Below, piece by piece: positions 1 to 10,800 of a stretch of 32,000 bases of DNA. The notes under the pieces were generated by a model. It saw only the letters and a list, made by a program, of their open reading frames with translations. It was not told the DNA's origin and made no database searches. The stretch comes from Candidatus Altimarinota bacterium (GTDB lineage: Bacteria > Patescibacteriota > Gracilibacteria > UBA1369). The stretch covers positions 96,852 through 128,851 of the forward strand of contig JBAZYK010000004.1 in NCBI GenBank assembly GCA_041659405.1, in the 5' to 3' direction. The position numbers and the translations under genes are program-made. Position 1 is the stretch's first letter. Every line of letters begins with the position of its first letter.

Positions 1-887
1 GCTTGAGGTTGAGGTGCGTTTCCGGTATTAGTCCCGGCTGCAGCAACGGCGCTTCCAACAGTAGCTCGGGCCGCATTTTCGGCGGCACCAACAGTATTCT
101 CGGCACTATCAGCGGCAATCGAGACGGTTTGTTTTTGCTCATCCGGTGTTTCACGAAGCGCAGGATTAGGCTTTGGAGTTGGATATGCTGTGCGCATTTC
201 CGGATGCACAGTTCTGAATTCCGGACGATTTTGTTTAGTATCTTGATGAATGCGGGTTTCCTGCTGAATACGTGCCTCTGTCTGAGTTGAAGAAATTTCA
301 GGCTTAATAGAAGCCATTTCCGGTCGGACCGAATTTGTTTCCGGTCGAACACTGCGCAGACTTTCTCGTGATTTTTGTTGCACAGCAGCCATTATTGGAT
401 CTCTTGTTTCTTCTTCAAAAGCTTTAATTGCGTGAGTCTTTTCACGGGTATTCAGATAGCCTCCGATTGTCAGACTTGATGCGGCCAAAAAGGCGATAAA
501 CATGCCATATCCCGGGTTTTTATCGGTAAGATTTACACCAAAATTTTTGTCAAAATAAATCGAATTGGTTACAAACAAAAGATAAAAAGAAAAAATCCCA
601 AAACTCAAATAAAGCTTTGGAGATTTTAAAGATTCAAAAGGAATTTTAACTCTCAAATGATTGGCAATAATTAAAGCCAGGGTCATTCCGGCCATAGCCA
701 AAAAAGTGAGCCCAATCAAATACAGCGGGCCATTGATCCCAATAAAAGTTTGTCCATAATGGAATGTATCCAAATCGCTATACCAAGGCAAAAACAGACT
801 CAAAATCATCAACAGGGAGCCGGCCCCAATCAGTTTTTTTTCAAAAGAAAGTTCTGAAACTATCTGATTAATGCGTTTATTTGGCAT
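1..887 (-). CDS. Multi-pass membrane protein with a hydrophilic RPE-rich repetitive C-terminal tail (partial, runs off left edge)
   Basis: Not in the ORF track, but the minus strand is open from ATG at 887 (MPNKRINQIVSELSFEKKLIGAGSLLMILSLFLPWYSDL...) to position 1. About four hydrophobic segments are followed by a charged tail (SVRPETNSVRPEMASIKPEISS...). Confidence 0.7.
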   Translation of the reverse strand, partial: MPNKRINQIVSELSFEKKLIGAGSLLMILSLFLPWYSDLDTFHYGQTFIGINGPLYLIGLTFLAMAGMTLALIIANHLRVKIPFESLKSPKLYLSFGIFSFYLLFVTNSIYFDKNFGVNLTDKNPGYGMFIAFLAASSLTIGGYLNTREKTHAIKAFEEETRDPIMAAVQQKSRESLRSVRPETNSVRPEMASIKPEISSTQTEARIQQETRIHQDTKQNRPEFRTVHPEMRTAYPTPKPNPALRETPDEQKQTVSIAADSAENTVGAAENAARATVGSAVAAAGTNTGNAPQPQ

Positions 888-1034
888 AAAAATTTTTATT
901 TATAGATTTGACGTGTGTGTTTGAACTATAAAAAGAAAAGTGCTATTTGTAAAGCAAAACCCCAATATTTTTGAGTACCCAAGTCGCACAAAAGCGAGTA
1001 GAATAGTGCAGAATTTTAGACTTTATTTTCTGCA

Positions 1035-2237
1035 ATGAAAGAAGCTTCCATCACGCACAAAGTGCCTATTTCTACCGCGAGCGGAGCGAGTTCCATCATC
1101 GCACAGGCGACTCAGGCACACGCCCCACTTCGCATTGCCATAGACATCCGCGAGGCCGGCCACGAAAAAACCGGTAAAGGCTGGTATACATATAATTTGG
1201 TTCAGGCACTGCTGGAAATTGATTCGCATAATGAATACATCCTTTATACCGATCAGGAAAAAAATTCTTACAAGGAATTTAAAAATGCTCACATTAAAAC
1301 CGTAAAAGGGAAGTCGGTAATTTGGCATTTGAATGTTTTGAAAGACCTTAAAAAGAGTCCGCCGGTCGACATTTTCTTTGCGCCGACCAGTTATATTATT
1401 CCCTGTTTTGCTCCAAAAAATTTGCGAGTGATTATTACCGTTCACGATTTGGTCGCATTTTTATTTCCAGGATCACATAATTCCAAAGCTGTTTTAATTG
1501 AACGCGTAACGTTGAGAAAAGCGCTCAAGAAAGCCGCAAACGTCCTTGTGGTTTCCGCGAATACCGAGAAGGATTTGCTGGATCGTTTCCATTATCCCAA
1601 AGAAAAAATCCACGAAGTTCCCTGCGCAACAACCGAATTTTATAAAGAAGAAATCGGCGAGCGCGAGTTAACCGCATTCAAGAAAAAGCACCATCTTCCC
1701 GATAAATTTATTTTAGCGGTTGGAACTCTTGAACCCCGCAAAAACTTTTCCACACTGATTAAAAGTTTTGTGATTGTTAAGCGAAAATATCCCGATTGCA
1801 AACTTGTAATTGTTGGCAAAAAAGGCTGGAAATATAAACTGATTGAAGAGGCTTTAAAAAAATATCAGTTGGAAAGTGATGTGATTTTTCCGGGATATTT
1901 GGTGGATGAAGATCTCCGCAAAATGTATCACCTGGCGAGCGTTTTTGTATTTCCATCTTTGTATGAAGGATTCGGGATTCCGCCTCTGGAAGCCATGGCT
2001 TGCGGGTGCCCCGTGGTAAGTTCCAACGTTGCGTCTTTGCCGGAAGTTATTGGAGACTCGGGACTTTTGATCGATCCAAAAAACGCCCACAAATGGGCCG
2101 ACGCGGTTTGCAGTTTGCTCGACAACGAACAAACCAGAAATATGCTGATCGAAAGAGGTCATCGCCGCGCCGAAAAATTCAGCTGGGCCAACTCCGCAAA
2201 AATCGCCCTGGAAGTTTTTGAAAGTTATGCAAGATAG
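1035..2237 (+). CDS. GT4-family glycosyltransferase (group 1)
   Basis: [17 protein letters not shown] and [46 protein letters not shown] are classic GT4 donor-binding motifs. The first ~30 aa look non-homologous, so the start may be wrong. Confidence 0.93.
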   Translation: MKEASITHKVPISTASGASSIIAQATQAHAPLRIAIDIREAGHEKTGKGWYTYNLVQALLEIDSHNEYILYTDQEKNSYKEFKNAHIKTVKGKSVIWHLNVLKDLKKSPPVDIFFAPTSYIIPCFAPKNLRVIITVHDLVAFLFPGSHNSKAVLIERVTLRKALKKAANVLVVSANTEKDLLDRFHYPKEKIHEVPCATTEFYKEEIGERELTAFKKKHHLPDKFILAVGTLEPRKNFSTLIKSFVIVKRKYPDCKLVIVGKKGWKYKLIEEALKKYQLESDVIFPGYLVDEDLRKMYHLASVFVFPSLYEGFGIPPLEAMACGCPVVSSNVASLPEVIGDSGLLIDPKNAHKWADAVCSLLDNEQTRNMLIERGHRRAEKFSWANSAKIALEVFESYAR

Positions 2238-2306
2238 AGATAAGCCTATCTTTGCGCAACCAACCGTGCAGGCATATAATTTGAGCGCTTCATTAAGCAA
2301 GTTTTT

Positions 2307-3215
2307 ATGGCTAATCAAACATCTTCACAGGCCCACTCCCTCCAGAAAATCGGCATTATCACCAAAAGTAATATTGGTGAGCGCAAAAGCGATCTAAAAA
2401 AAATTGTCGCGATGCTGAAGAAATTTAAAAAAGAGGTTTTGCTGGATGTAAATTCCGCGCCGGTTTTAGGTGTAAAAAATGGCCACAGAAAGACCGAACT
2501 GCTTCAGGTTTGTGATCTTGTTTTGACCCTTGGCGGCGATGGAACTTTGCTCAGAGCTGCCCGATGTACAGCCAATAAACCGACCTTAATCCTTGGTGTG
2601 AATTTTGGAAATCTGGGATTTTTGACTGAATCAATACCTGAAAAACTTGAGCAGGATCTTAAAAAATTATTTGAAGGTCATTATTATATTGATGAACGTT
2701 TTCTTTTGCGCATCAATCATTATCGCAACGGTCAAAGAATTAATACCTTTTTAGCTCTAAATGATGCGGTAATTAACCAGGGAGCTTTTGCCAGACTGAT
2801 TGAAATGCAGGTCGAAATTAACAAACAGCGCATGGTTACTTTTAAGGCCGATGGCTTGATCGTGAGCTCTCCGACCGGTTCAACGGGTCATGCCCTTTCT
2901 GCCGGAGGACCAATTGTTCATCCTTCTTTGCCCGCTTTTATTCTTACCCCAATCTGCCCCGCAACGCTTTCCGTACGCCCAATCGTCATTCCAAATGATC
3001 GCGAAATAAAAATAACTTTGACTACCCAAAGAAAAGAAAACCAAAATGTCGGTTTAACCTTGGACGGCCAAAAAACCATTCCGCTTCAATATGGAGACGA
3101 AATCAAAATCCGCCAATCCAAGCGCAAGTTTTTACTGATTCGCCTAAAAGGTGGCAGCAGCTATTACCGCATGCTCCGCAGCAAACTCCACTGGGGCGAG
3201 CATCATGGGGATTAA
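2307..3215 (+). CDS. nadK: NAD kinase
   Basis: LTLGGDGTLLRAAR, NFGNLGFLTE, and SSPTGSTGHALSAGGPIVHP motifs. Confidence 0.93.
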   Translation: MANQTSSQAHSLQKIGIITKSNIGERKSDLKKIVAMLKKFKKEVLLDVNSAPVLGVKNGHRKTELLQVCDLVLTLGGDGTLLRAARCTANKPTLILGVNFGNLGFLTESIPEKLEQDLKKLFEGHYYIDERFLLRINHYRNGQRINTFLALNDAVINQGAFARLIEMQVEINKQRMVTFKADGLIVSSPTGSTGHALSAGGPIVHPSLPAFILTPICPATLSVRPIVIPNDREIKITLTTQRKENQNVGLTLDGQKTIPLQYGDEIKIRQSKRKFLLIRLKGGSSYYRMLRSKLHWGEHHGD

Positions 3216-3329
3216 AACAGCCAAATTCCGCTTATATAGCTCTCACACAGCCTGGCCATTGAAGAAATTGCCGTTTTTTGGTATAATAAAGAGAAATAAA
3301 AAATCAGCACTCTTTAAACCCAAAAAAAT

Positions 3330-4169
3330 ATGCAAAAAAACAAAAAAAATCTTCTAATCGCTGGCGTCATAGTGCTAGTCGTTTTAGCAATAACCGGCCT
3401 GGTTTTAACTCAAGGCCAGAACTCTAATCTTCAGGGACTTTTGCCTTCACCATTTAGAAGCGGAACACCTTCTCAGGATCAAAATCGAGGGGGCCAAGTA
3501 CCAGCGAGCCCTGCTGAAAAACAAGCTGCTCAAAAAGCCGCTGACGCTGAAGCTGCTAAAAAGGCTGCTCTTGATGCAGCTGCTAAACAAGCCGCTGCCG
3601 ACAAATTAGCCGCTGAGCAAGCCGCTGCAAAAAATGACAAACAGCCAATGGGCAGCCCCAGTCAGGTCCAAAACCTGGTAGTTAAGATGTCAGCTCAACC
3701 GTTCGGTGGACAAAAAAATCCTAAAACAGATGGTCTCGATTCAGTCGCAGGTTTTGATATTTTGAGCAATAACCAGGCTCTGGTCGTTATAAAATCCATG
3801 ACCTTTAATATTAAAGGTGATAACAGCCCAAATGTTACTAATTATGAACTTTGGGCAAACGAAACCCAATTAACAACTGACAAGCCAGATGTTAATATTA
3901 GCAATAAAACAGTTACATTTAATAACATCAGGTTCGTTGATTTTGACCAATTTAAACAGGTATTGATCGCACAAACCAAATCAATAAATGTGGTTGTTAA
4001 AGCAACAACGGCCAATGTTCTCTCAGGAAAAAATCAAGGTGTGTCAGTTTTATATTGGCTTGAAGTAAAGTCGATTGCACTTGATTACGTCTTCAACGGT
4101 CTAAAGACCCCATATACTGCGGAATTTACCCCGGCAGTTGCGGGACAGGTATCAATCTACACAAAATAA
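3330..4169 (+). CDS. Membrane-anchored extracellular protein with Ala/Lys-rich linker
   Basis: N-terminal TM (NLLIAGVIVLVVLAITGLVL), Gln/Pro-rich spacer, Ala-rich helical stretch (AAQKAADAEAAKKAALDAAAKQAAADKLAAEQAAAK), then a beta-rich domain. No family recognised. Confidence 0.75.
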   Translation: MQKNKKNLLIAGVIVLVVLAITGLVLTQGQNSNLQGLLPSPFRSGTPSQDQNRGGQVPASPAEKQAAQKAADAEAAKKAALDAAAKQAAADKLAAEQAAAKNDKQPMGSPSQVQNLVVKMSAQPFGGQKNPKTDGLDSVAGFDILSNNQALVVIKSMTFNIKGDNSPNVTNYELWANETQLTTDKPDVNISNKTVTFNNIRFVDFDQFKQVLIAQTKSINVVVKATTANVLSGKNQGVSVLYWLEVKSIALDYVFNGLKTPYTAEFTPAVAGQVSIYTK

Positions 4170-4191
4170 AAGATTTCAAAATAATAAAAAA

Positions 4192-4218
4192 GGGGAGGCA
4201 CACATTGTGAACCTCCCC
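4192..4218. terminator. Bidirectional intrinsic terminator between convergent genes
   Basis: AAAAAAGGGGAGG-CACACATTGTGAA-CCTCCCCTTTTTTT: 7-bp G/C stem with an A-run on the left and a T-run on the right, between the 3330-4169 (+) gene and ppdK (-). Confidence 0.9.
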
Positions 4219-4262
4219 TTTTTTTATTTAAAACAATTTCTCACGCACGAAGTGAATTCCGT

Positions 4263-7010
4263 TTAATTCCTATTCAAGATCGCCGCCTGCGCCGCTGCAA
4301 CTCTGGCAATCGGAATTCTATAAGGTGACAAACTCACAAAGTCCAAACCGATTTTGTGGCAGAATTTGATTGAATCCGGCTCTCCACCCTGTTCACCACA
4401 AATGCCGATTTCAAGCGGTTTCTGGCCTTCTTTACGCGGTACACCCCGTCCCAATTCCACGCACATCTGCATCAAACGGCCAACCGCTTTTTGATCGATT
4501 GATTCCGTTGGATCACGGTCCAAAATTCCATGCTCAAGATAATAATTTAAGAATTTTCCGGCATCATCACGGCTATATCCCCAGGTCATTTGTGTCAGAT
4601 CATTTGTTCCAAAAGAGAAAAAGTCCGCATAAGGAGCCAGTTCATCGGCAGTCAAACAGGCACGTGGCAATTCAATCATTGTTCCGATTTTATATTCAAA
4701 TTTAATTTGCCCGGCATACCTTGCAATCACACCTTCAGCTGTTTTTCGGCTTACAATAAGCTCTTTTAAGTCCGCGATAAATGGCAATTCAATTTCCGGC
4801 ACAGGAACAATTCCACGGTTGCTTACCTCAATCGCCGCCTCAATAATGGCCTGCACCTGCATTTCATAAATTTCCGGATAGGTGATTCCAAGGCGCGCCC
4901 CACGGTGTCCAAGCATTGGATTTACCTCATGCAGATTCTCCACAATTTTTTCAATATCGGCGAGTTGCATGCCCATTTCTGTGGCCAATTCCTGCATTTG
5001 TTCCGTGGTCTTAGGCACAAATTCATGCAGTGGGGGATCAAGCAAACGAATCGTTACCGGCAGCCCACTCATCACTTCAAAAATCCCGATAAAATCAGCT
5101 TTTTGCATTGGCAACAATTTCGCCAAAGCCTTTTTGCGGCCTTCCACCGTGTTTGCCACAATCATTTCACGCACTACATCAATGCGATCACCTTCAAAAA
5201 ACATGTGCTCGGTGCGGCAAAGTCCAATTCCTTCAGCACCAAAATCCTTGCCAACCTGCGCATCTTTTGGAGTATCGGCATTTGTACGAATCCGCAATTT
5301 TCTAACCGCATCGGACCATGCCAAAATCGTTTTAAAATCTTCGGTGATTTCCGGCTCAACCATAGGAACCGCGCCAAGCATTACTTCGCCGGTACTTCCA
5401 TTTAAAGTAATCACATCACCTTCATGAATAACCAAATCGCCAATTTTTACAGTTTTGGTTTTTGCATCCACCATAATATCCGCGCAACCGGCCACACAGC
5501 ACTTGCCCATACCGCGGCAAACCACAGCGGCATGCGAAGTCATTCCTCCGGTAGAGGTCAAAATTCCTTTGGATACATGCATTCCATGAATATCTTCCGG
5601 TGAAGTTTCACGTCTTACCAAAATAACTCTTTCATCGCGTTCAAAAGTCCAATTAACAGCGTCATCGGCACTAAAAACAACCTTACCAACCGCCGCACCT
5701 GGTGAAGCCGGCAAGCCCTTGGCAATCACGTTTTTAGAAGCTTTAGGATCCAGATCCGGATGCAAAAGTTGTTTCAAACTGCTCGCGTCAATTCGTAATA
5801 AAGCTTCATCTTTTGTAATCAATTTTTCACCGACCATATCCACCGCAATTTTAATCGCCGCCTTTGCCGTGCGCTTACCGTTGCGGGTTTGCAGCATGTA
5901 GAGTTTGCCTTCCTGAATTGTAAATTCAATATCCTGCATGTCACGATAATGATTTTCCAGATTCTCACGGACCTGATTTAGCTGCGCAAAAATCTCCGGC
6001 ATCACTTCCTGCAATTGCGTTAATTTTTGAGGAGTACGAATTCCGGCTACCACATCTTCACCCTGTGCATTCATCAAAAACTCGCCATAAAACTCTTTTT
6101 CACCGGTTGAAGGATTGCGAGTAAAAGCCACGCCCGTACCGGAAGTATTTCCCATATTTCCAAAAACCATCGCCTGAATATTTACCGCTGTTCCATTCAA
6201 ACCGGTAATATTATTTAGTTTTCTGTAGGTATTCGCACGATCATTATTCCAGGACTTAAAAACGGCTTCTATGGCCAGTTTAAGCTGTTCTTTTGGATCA
6301 ACCGGGAAATCAATTCCAGCCTTTTCTTTTACAATTCGTTTGAATTCTCCGACTAAAAATTTCAAATCGGCCGCATCAAGATCGGTATCCAGCTTCACAT
6401 TTTTTTTAGTCTTCAATTTATCAATTTCATCTTCAAACATTTCATGTGAAATGCCCAAAACAACATTTCCAAACATGTTCACAAAGCGTCTATAAGCGTC
6501 ATAACAAAAACGTTCATTGCCCGTTTTTTTCACGAGTCCTGCAGCGGTTTCATCATTAAGGCCCAAATTTAAAATTGTATCCATCATCCCCGGCATCGAC
6601 ATTTTGGCTCCGGAACGCACCGAAACCAATAATGGATTTTGCGCGTCACCAAACTTCATTCCACTTTTTTCTTCCAGCTCTTTTAAATTTGTCTCAAGTT
6701 CAGTCTGAAATCCTTCCGGATAGTCGCCCCACTCTGCCGATGAATCAGCTCCACCACGTTCTGCCCTCTGATCCAAATAATACTTGCAGACATCGGTTGT
6801 AATCGTGAAACCTGGAGGCACAGGAAGCCCCAGATTGGTCATTTCGGCCAAATTGGCACCTTTACCGCCAAGTAGATCCTTCATGTCCTTATTTCCCTCT
6901 TTAAAAGCGTAAATAGACTTAATCATACGTGTATGTGGTTGTATGTGTGAAGTGCTGGAAGTGGCTGATGCTTTAGTCGCTTCACCTTTAGTAATAATAG
7001 CCTGGGACAT
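4263..7010 (-). CDS. ppdK: Pyruvate, phosphate dikinase
   Basis: GGKGANLAEMTNLGLPVPPGFTITT (ATP-grasp N-term), GGMTSHAAVVCRGMGKCCVAG (phospho-His domain), SFGTNDLTQMTWGYSRDD and EIGICGEQGGEP (PEP-binding barrel). An internal Met (~6926) is a plausible alternative start. Confidence 0.97.
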   Translation of the reverse strand: MSQAIITKGEATKASATSSTSHIQPHTRMIKSIYAFKEGNKDMKDLLGGKGANLAEMTNLGLPVPPGFTITTDVCKYYLDQRAERGGADSSAEWGDYPEGFQTELETNLKELEEKSGMKFGDAQNPLLVSVRSGAKMSMPGMMDTILNLGLNDETAAGLVKKTGNERFCYDAYRRFVNMFGNVVLGISHEMFEDEIDKLKTKKNVKLDTDLDAADLKFLVGEFKRIVKEKAGIDFPVDPKEQLKLAIEAVFKSWNNDRANTYRKLNNITGLNGTAVNIQAMVFGNMGNTSGTGVAFTRNPSTGEKEFYGEFLMNAQGEDVVAGIRTPQKLTQLQEVMPEIFAQLNQVRENLENHYRDMQDIEFTIQEGKLYMLQTRNGKRTAKAAIKIAVDMVGEKLITKDEALLRIDASSLKQLLHPDLDPKASKNVIAKGLPASPGAAVGKVVFSADDAVNWTFERDERVILVRRETSPEDIHGMHVSKGILTSTGGMTSHAAVVCRGMGKCCVAGCADIMVDAKTKTVKIGDLVIHEGDVITLNGSTGEVMLGAVPMVEPEITEDFKTILAWSDAVRKLRIRTNADTPKDAQVGKDFGAEGIGLCRTEHMFFEGDRIDVVREMIVANTVEGRKKALAKLLPMQKADFIGIFEVMSGLPVTIRLLDPPLHEFVPKTTEQMQELATEMGMQLADIEKIVENLHEVNPMLGHRGARLGITYPEIYEMQVQAIIEAAIEVSNRGIVPVPEIELPFIADLKELIVSRKTAEGVIARYAGQIKFEYKIGTMIELPRACLTADELAPYADFFSFGTNDLTQMTWGYSRDDAGKFLNYYLEHGILDRDPTESIDQKAVGRLMQMCVELGRGVPRKEGQKPLEIGICGEQGGEPDSIKFCHKIGLDFVSLSPYRIPIARVAAAQAAILNRN

Positions 7011-7043
7011 AGTAGCAGTTTTAAATTGTAGAGCAAGATTTGC

Positions 7044-7712
7044 TTAAAAATGAAAAAACTTCAAGAAAGATTCCATGATTGGGCCTGGGAAAACCGCCAA
7101 AGGAATCGCCAAAAAGTATGCGATCATTTGCCCGGTAAAAGCCGCAAATAGCGGTATGGTCAGGTTATCATCCAGTTTGCCGGTAAATAATTCCACAATA
7201 CTGGCCACAAAAGCCATACTCAAAAAAATCACCGGATAAAGCGGCAAAAACAGATATCCAATTACGCAATTCACCGCCAAGCCTCCCAAAAATCCTTCCA
7301 GCGTCTTGTTTTTATGGATTTTATGTCGTCCAAATTTGATTCCAATCAACGCAGAAGCTAAATCCCCAAAAATAGTTAAAAGCATCGCTGTCATTGCAAT
7401 CGGATAATCAAAAGCGGAAAAAGCAATGATTGTCGCGGCAATAAAGAAAATCGTACCGGTCACATTATTCATTTCCCGTTTTCTAAGCGCGATGAAATTT
7501 GGCAATTTTGGCATGTATTCAAGCCGTACATATTCAACTTCAAGCAGTATCAAAAACAGCAGGGTTAAGCCCAAAATACCCACCCTTTGCGAAAAATATT
7601 GTCTCAGCAATGTGTACGCCAAAAGCACCGGAAGCTCCATCAAATGAAAAAGTTTCCGAATTATTTCCTTATAAAGCGAATGTTTTTTCATAATTATTGC
7701 GCAGCTCATCAA
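7044..7712 (-). CDS. Dolichol/phytol kinase-like membrane CTP-transferase family protein
   Basis: Multi-TM protein with GDLASALIGIKFGRHKIHKNKTLEGFLGG, the motif region of the phosphatidate cytidylyltransferase/dolichol kinase family. Confidence 0.75.
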   Translation of the reverse strand: MMSCAIIMKKHSLYKEIIRKLFHLMELPVLLAYTLLRQYFSQRVGILGLTLLFLILLEVEYVRLEYMPKLPNFIALRKREMNNVTGTIFFIAATIIAFSAFDYPIAMTAMLLTIFGDLASALIGIKFGRHKIHKNKTLEGFLGGLAVNCVIGYLFLPLYPVIFLSMAFVASIVELFTGKLDDNLTIPLFAAFTGQMIAYFLAIPLAVFPGPIMESFLKFFHF

Positions 7713-7806
7713 ACTCCGGCTCGATTATACGCCCGCAGGAGTCAATTATAAATCAAAAATTATGAATTATAATTCTTCAAACAAAACAATTCGTAATTCG
7801 TAATTT

Positions 7807-10800
7807 CTAATTCGTAACCATAAACATTCTTCCTTCCGACCTACCAAACACTTCAGGGAAATAGGTCTCGGAAGCCATCGCCGGTAAATCATGATAAGTG
7901 CCCGGGGTGGTCGCTCTTACAAAATAATTAATTTCATAAACACCTTTTGGCAGGAAGTCCGCAAAATAAGTCATGCGATCATCCAAAACTTCGGAATGAT
8001 TAAATCTCCAGAGTTCGTTATAACAGTCCCAAGTTAGGCACATACTGCCTTTGCCATCATTTTGGTCCTGCAACTGTTGCTCTGAAGTCTTCAAGCTGAA
8101 ATCAACGCCTTCCAAACCGGCAGGCAAAAAGTCTTCAACCAAAACGTAATAGCTATCTTCAGGCACAATGATTGTCATTTTTCCTTTCAAATTTTCACCA
8201 ACTTTTATTGAAGTCAGCGGATTTTCTTCCTTTTTATCATCAGTCGCAAAATATTGTTGATGAACCTCAATTCCTTCATCGCGTGCCTTAATTTGCTCGG
8301 TTGGCAGGAAGTATTGCAGATTCATATCAAAATACATTTTTCCATTGCCGTTACGTACCGCCGTGATCTCGTTATCAAGATTATTTTGCAGCAAATCTTT
8401 AAGCGGAATTGTCACTTCTTCACGCGCTTCAATATTATTTTCAGTGAAGCCCTTATGGAGTTTTTCTGCTCCATTAACGGTCACAATGCCATCATAATCA
8501 ACGTTTAATTCACCGCTGGTTTTTAGGTATTCAATCAACGCCATCAAACTAACCGCCGTTTCCTGGGTAGAAGCAAAGTGCCCATTTTTCTTTTCCAAAA
8601 GCATGTAACGCAACATCTTTGGAACCAAAGGATTGGCCGGATCCAAGCGGTTTAACATCTGCAAAATCAAAGCTGTAGTACGATTATTTGTATCAAAAAA
8701 CTGATAATCCAAAGTGTTTTCTTCAAAATGCACGCCGCGTGGAGATTCCTTTGCTCTAGCCAAAATTTCGTTTTTGATAGTGTCGATTTTCTTTTGCACT
8801 TCCTGTAAAGCGGCACCACCAAGTTTTTCCTGGGTAATCAATTTCTGCAGATCCATCACCAGATAAGCCTGCGCGGAAAGATTTAAATTCTTGCGTAAAT
8901 CAAACAAATTATTACTTAAAGCCAAATCGCCTTTGCCCATTTCCGCCAGTACGTAAAGCGCAAAAGCACGTGAATCTAAATTATATTTATCGTATTTCGT
9001 GCTGCTAAGAGTGCTGTTTGTTAGTTGTGAAATTTTAACAGAATTACTGCCAATTTTACTCTTTAAGAAATTCACACCACGATTCATCACATTATCATCA
9101 ACGGTATAGCCGGCCTTTTTGCTTTCATTCAAGGCAAATAAAACATAGCTGGTTAAATGCGGAGTCGCTTCACTGGTTTCCCAAAGGCCCCAACCGCCAT
9201 TACCCTGTTGCAGTTTATATAAAGCCTGCAAGCCACTTTCCACATTTTTTTGTAGAGTTTTTTGATCCACCAATTTTGCCGCAATTTTTCCAAGTGCCGG
9301 CAAACTCAACATTTGTTTAATGGTCACATTTGGCAAGAGCGCGCTGGCAACCTGTTCAGCGCAGCCATAAGGATAAGTCATTAAATATTCAATGCCCTTG
9401 GTGATGGAAGAAGCTAAAGTAGGCGCAACCGCAATCGTTAATTTTCCAAATTTCGGATCGATATTATTTGGCAGCCAAACGGTCTCAACATGCTTATCAC
9501 CATTATCAATTACTGTCGAAGTAGCAACAGTTTCCGGGAAACTGTAAGGATGAATTGGCATTTTATTTTCCAGAATATCACCGATATTGGAATCATTAAC
9601 GGCAATAGCCTTAAATGTAATTACGGCTTCCGCTTCATCTAAAACGGTTGCTTTAAATTCAACTTTCTTTTCTTCGCCGGAACCCAAATGAATTCGCTGT
9701 TTATTAGAACCATTCAAAGTCACGCCACTCGCTTCAACCGAAACATCCAAATCAACCGCATTGGTAAGATAATTATGAACAATCGTTCCAACCGTAATCT
9801 CATCATTCACAATTAAAAATCTTGGCAAAATAGGTCGCACCAAAACATCTTTGCTGACAATAAAGTCCGTTTTTTGGCTTCCAACCAAGGTATTTGCAGT
9901 AGCGCCAATCGCCAGTATCTGCCAGGTGGTCAAATTATCCGGCAATTTAAATTTAATAGTTCCCACACCTTGTTCATTTGTATTCAAAGCAGCCTGCCAA
10001 TAAGCGGTATCTTTAAAGTTTCCACGTTTTTGTAATGTACCGCCTCCACCACCTTTTAACCCCGATTCAACCTGCACATTTATGCGTGATAAAGCCTTGG
10101 TTAAAGTTTCCGAAGTCATTACGCCCAAAGATCTCTTTCTGTAAAAATCATTTAAAAGATCAGCCGTAAAGTTTTCCACCAAAGACAAAACACTCTTATC
10201 CACAACACTTAAAGACATTTCCGCTTTCACGGGTTTTCCATTCACGTCAGTTGTTTTTACATTGATCGTAACTTCATCGCCGGGGTGATATTTTTGTTGA
10301 TTTGTCTGCACGCTAACCAACAATTTTCTACTTGAAGTATCAACTTGAAGCGTTGCATAACCCATTTTAAACGAGGCCACACTGCGCTCATCAATGGCAT
10401 CTTTGCCCGTAGGTTGCGCCAAACCGGCCTGATTATTATCGCCCTTAATCAGCACCACGGAAACAAATTCATTTGGGATCGATTTATCGGTAATCGGCAC
10501 ATCAATCACATCCGAATTGGATTTAATTTTGATAACTTTTTTATCCAAAATTTCGCCGCGTTCATAAGTAACCAAAGCATAAACATTTTGATACGGTGAC
10601 TTCACCATTACATGGGCGGTATCACCAATCTTGTATTCCTGCTTGTCCGCAACCAATTCAATACGGTCATTATTTGCCTGTCCCCAGTTAACAAAACTAC
10701 CTGAAGAAACATAAACAGTTGTTGACGAAGTTATTTTATTTCCACGACTATCTTTGCTTTCGGTTCCAACTTTAAACACACCGCCTTCTTTTGGAATAAA

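Noticed and set aside
3-290. + strand ORF of 95 aa
   Set aside because: Antisense to the open minus-strand membrane protein (1-887), which has a coherent TM pattern.
1023-2318. - strand ORFs 1023-1445 and 1854-2318 and the internal + ORF 2000-2221
   Set aside because: They overlap the well-supported GT4 gene and are shadow frames.
4370-6802. Several + strand ORFs of 63-181 aa (4370, 4882, 4905, 5108, 5719, 6271, 6517, 6575)
   Set aside because: They lie antisense inside ppdK, overlap each other in different frames and show no family motifs. They are shadow ORFs.
7786-7818. Short AATTCGTAAT-type tandem units
   Set aside because: A/T-rich short repeats in a small gap; could be ordinary intergenic drift.
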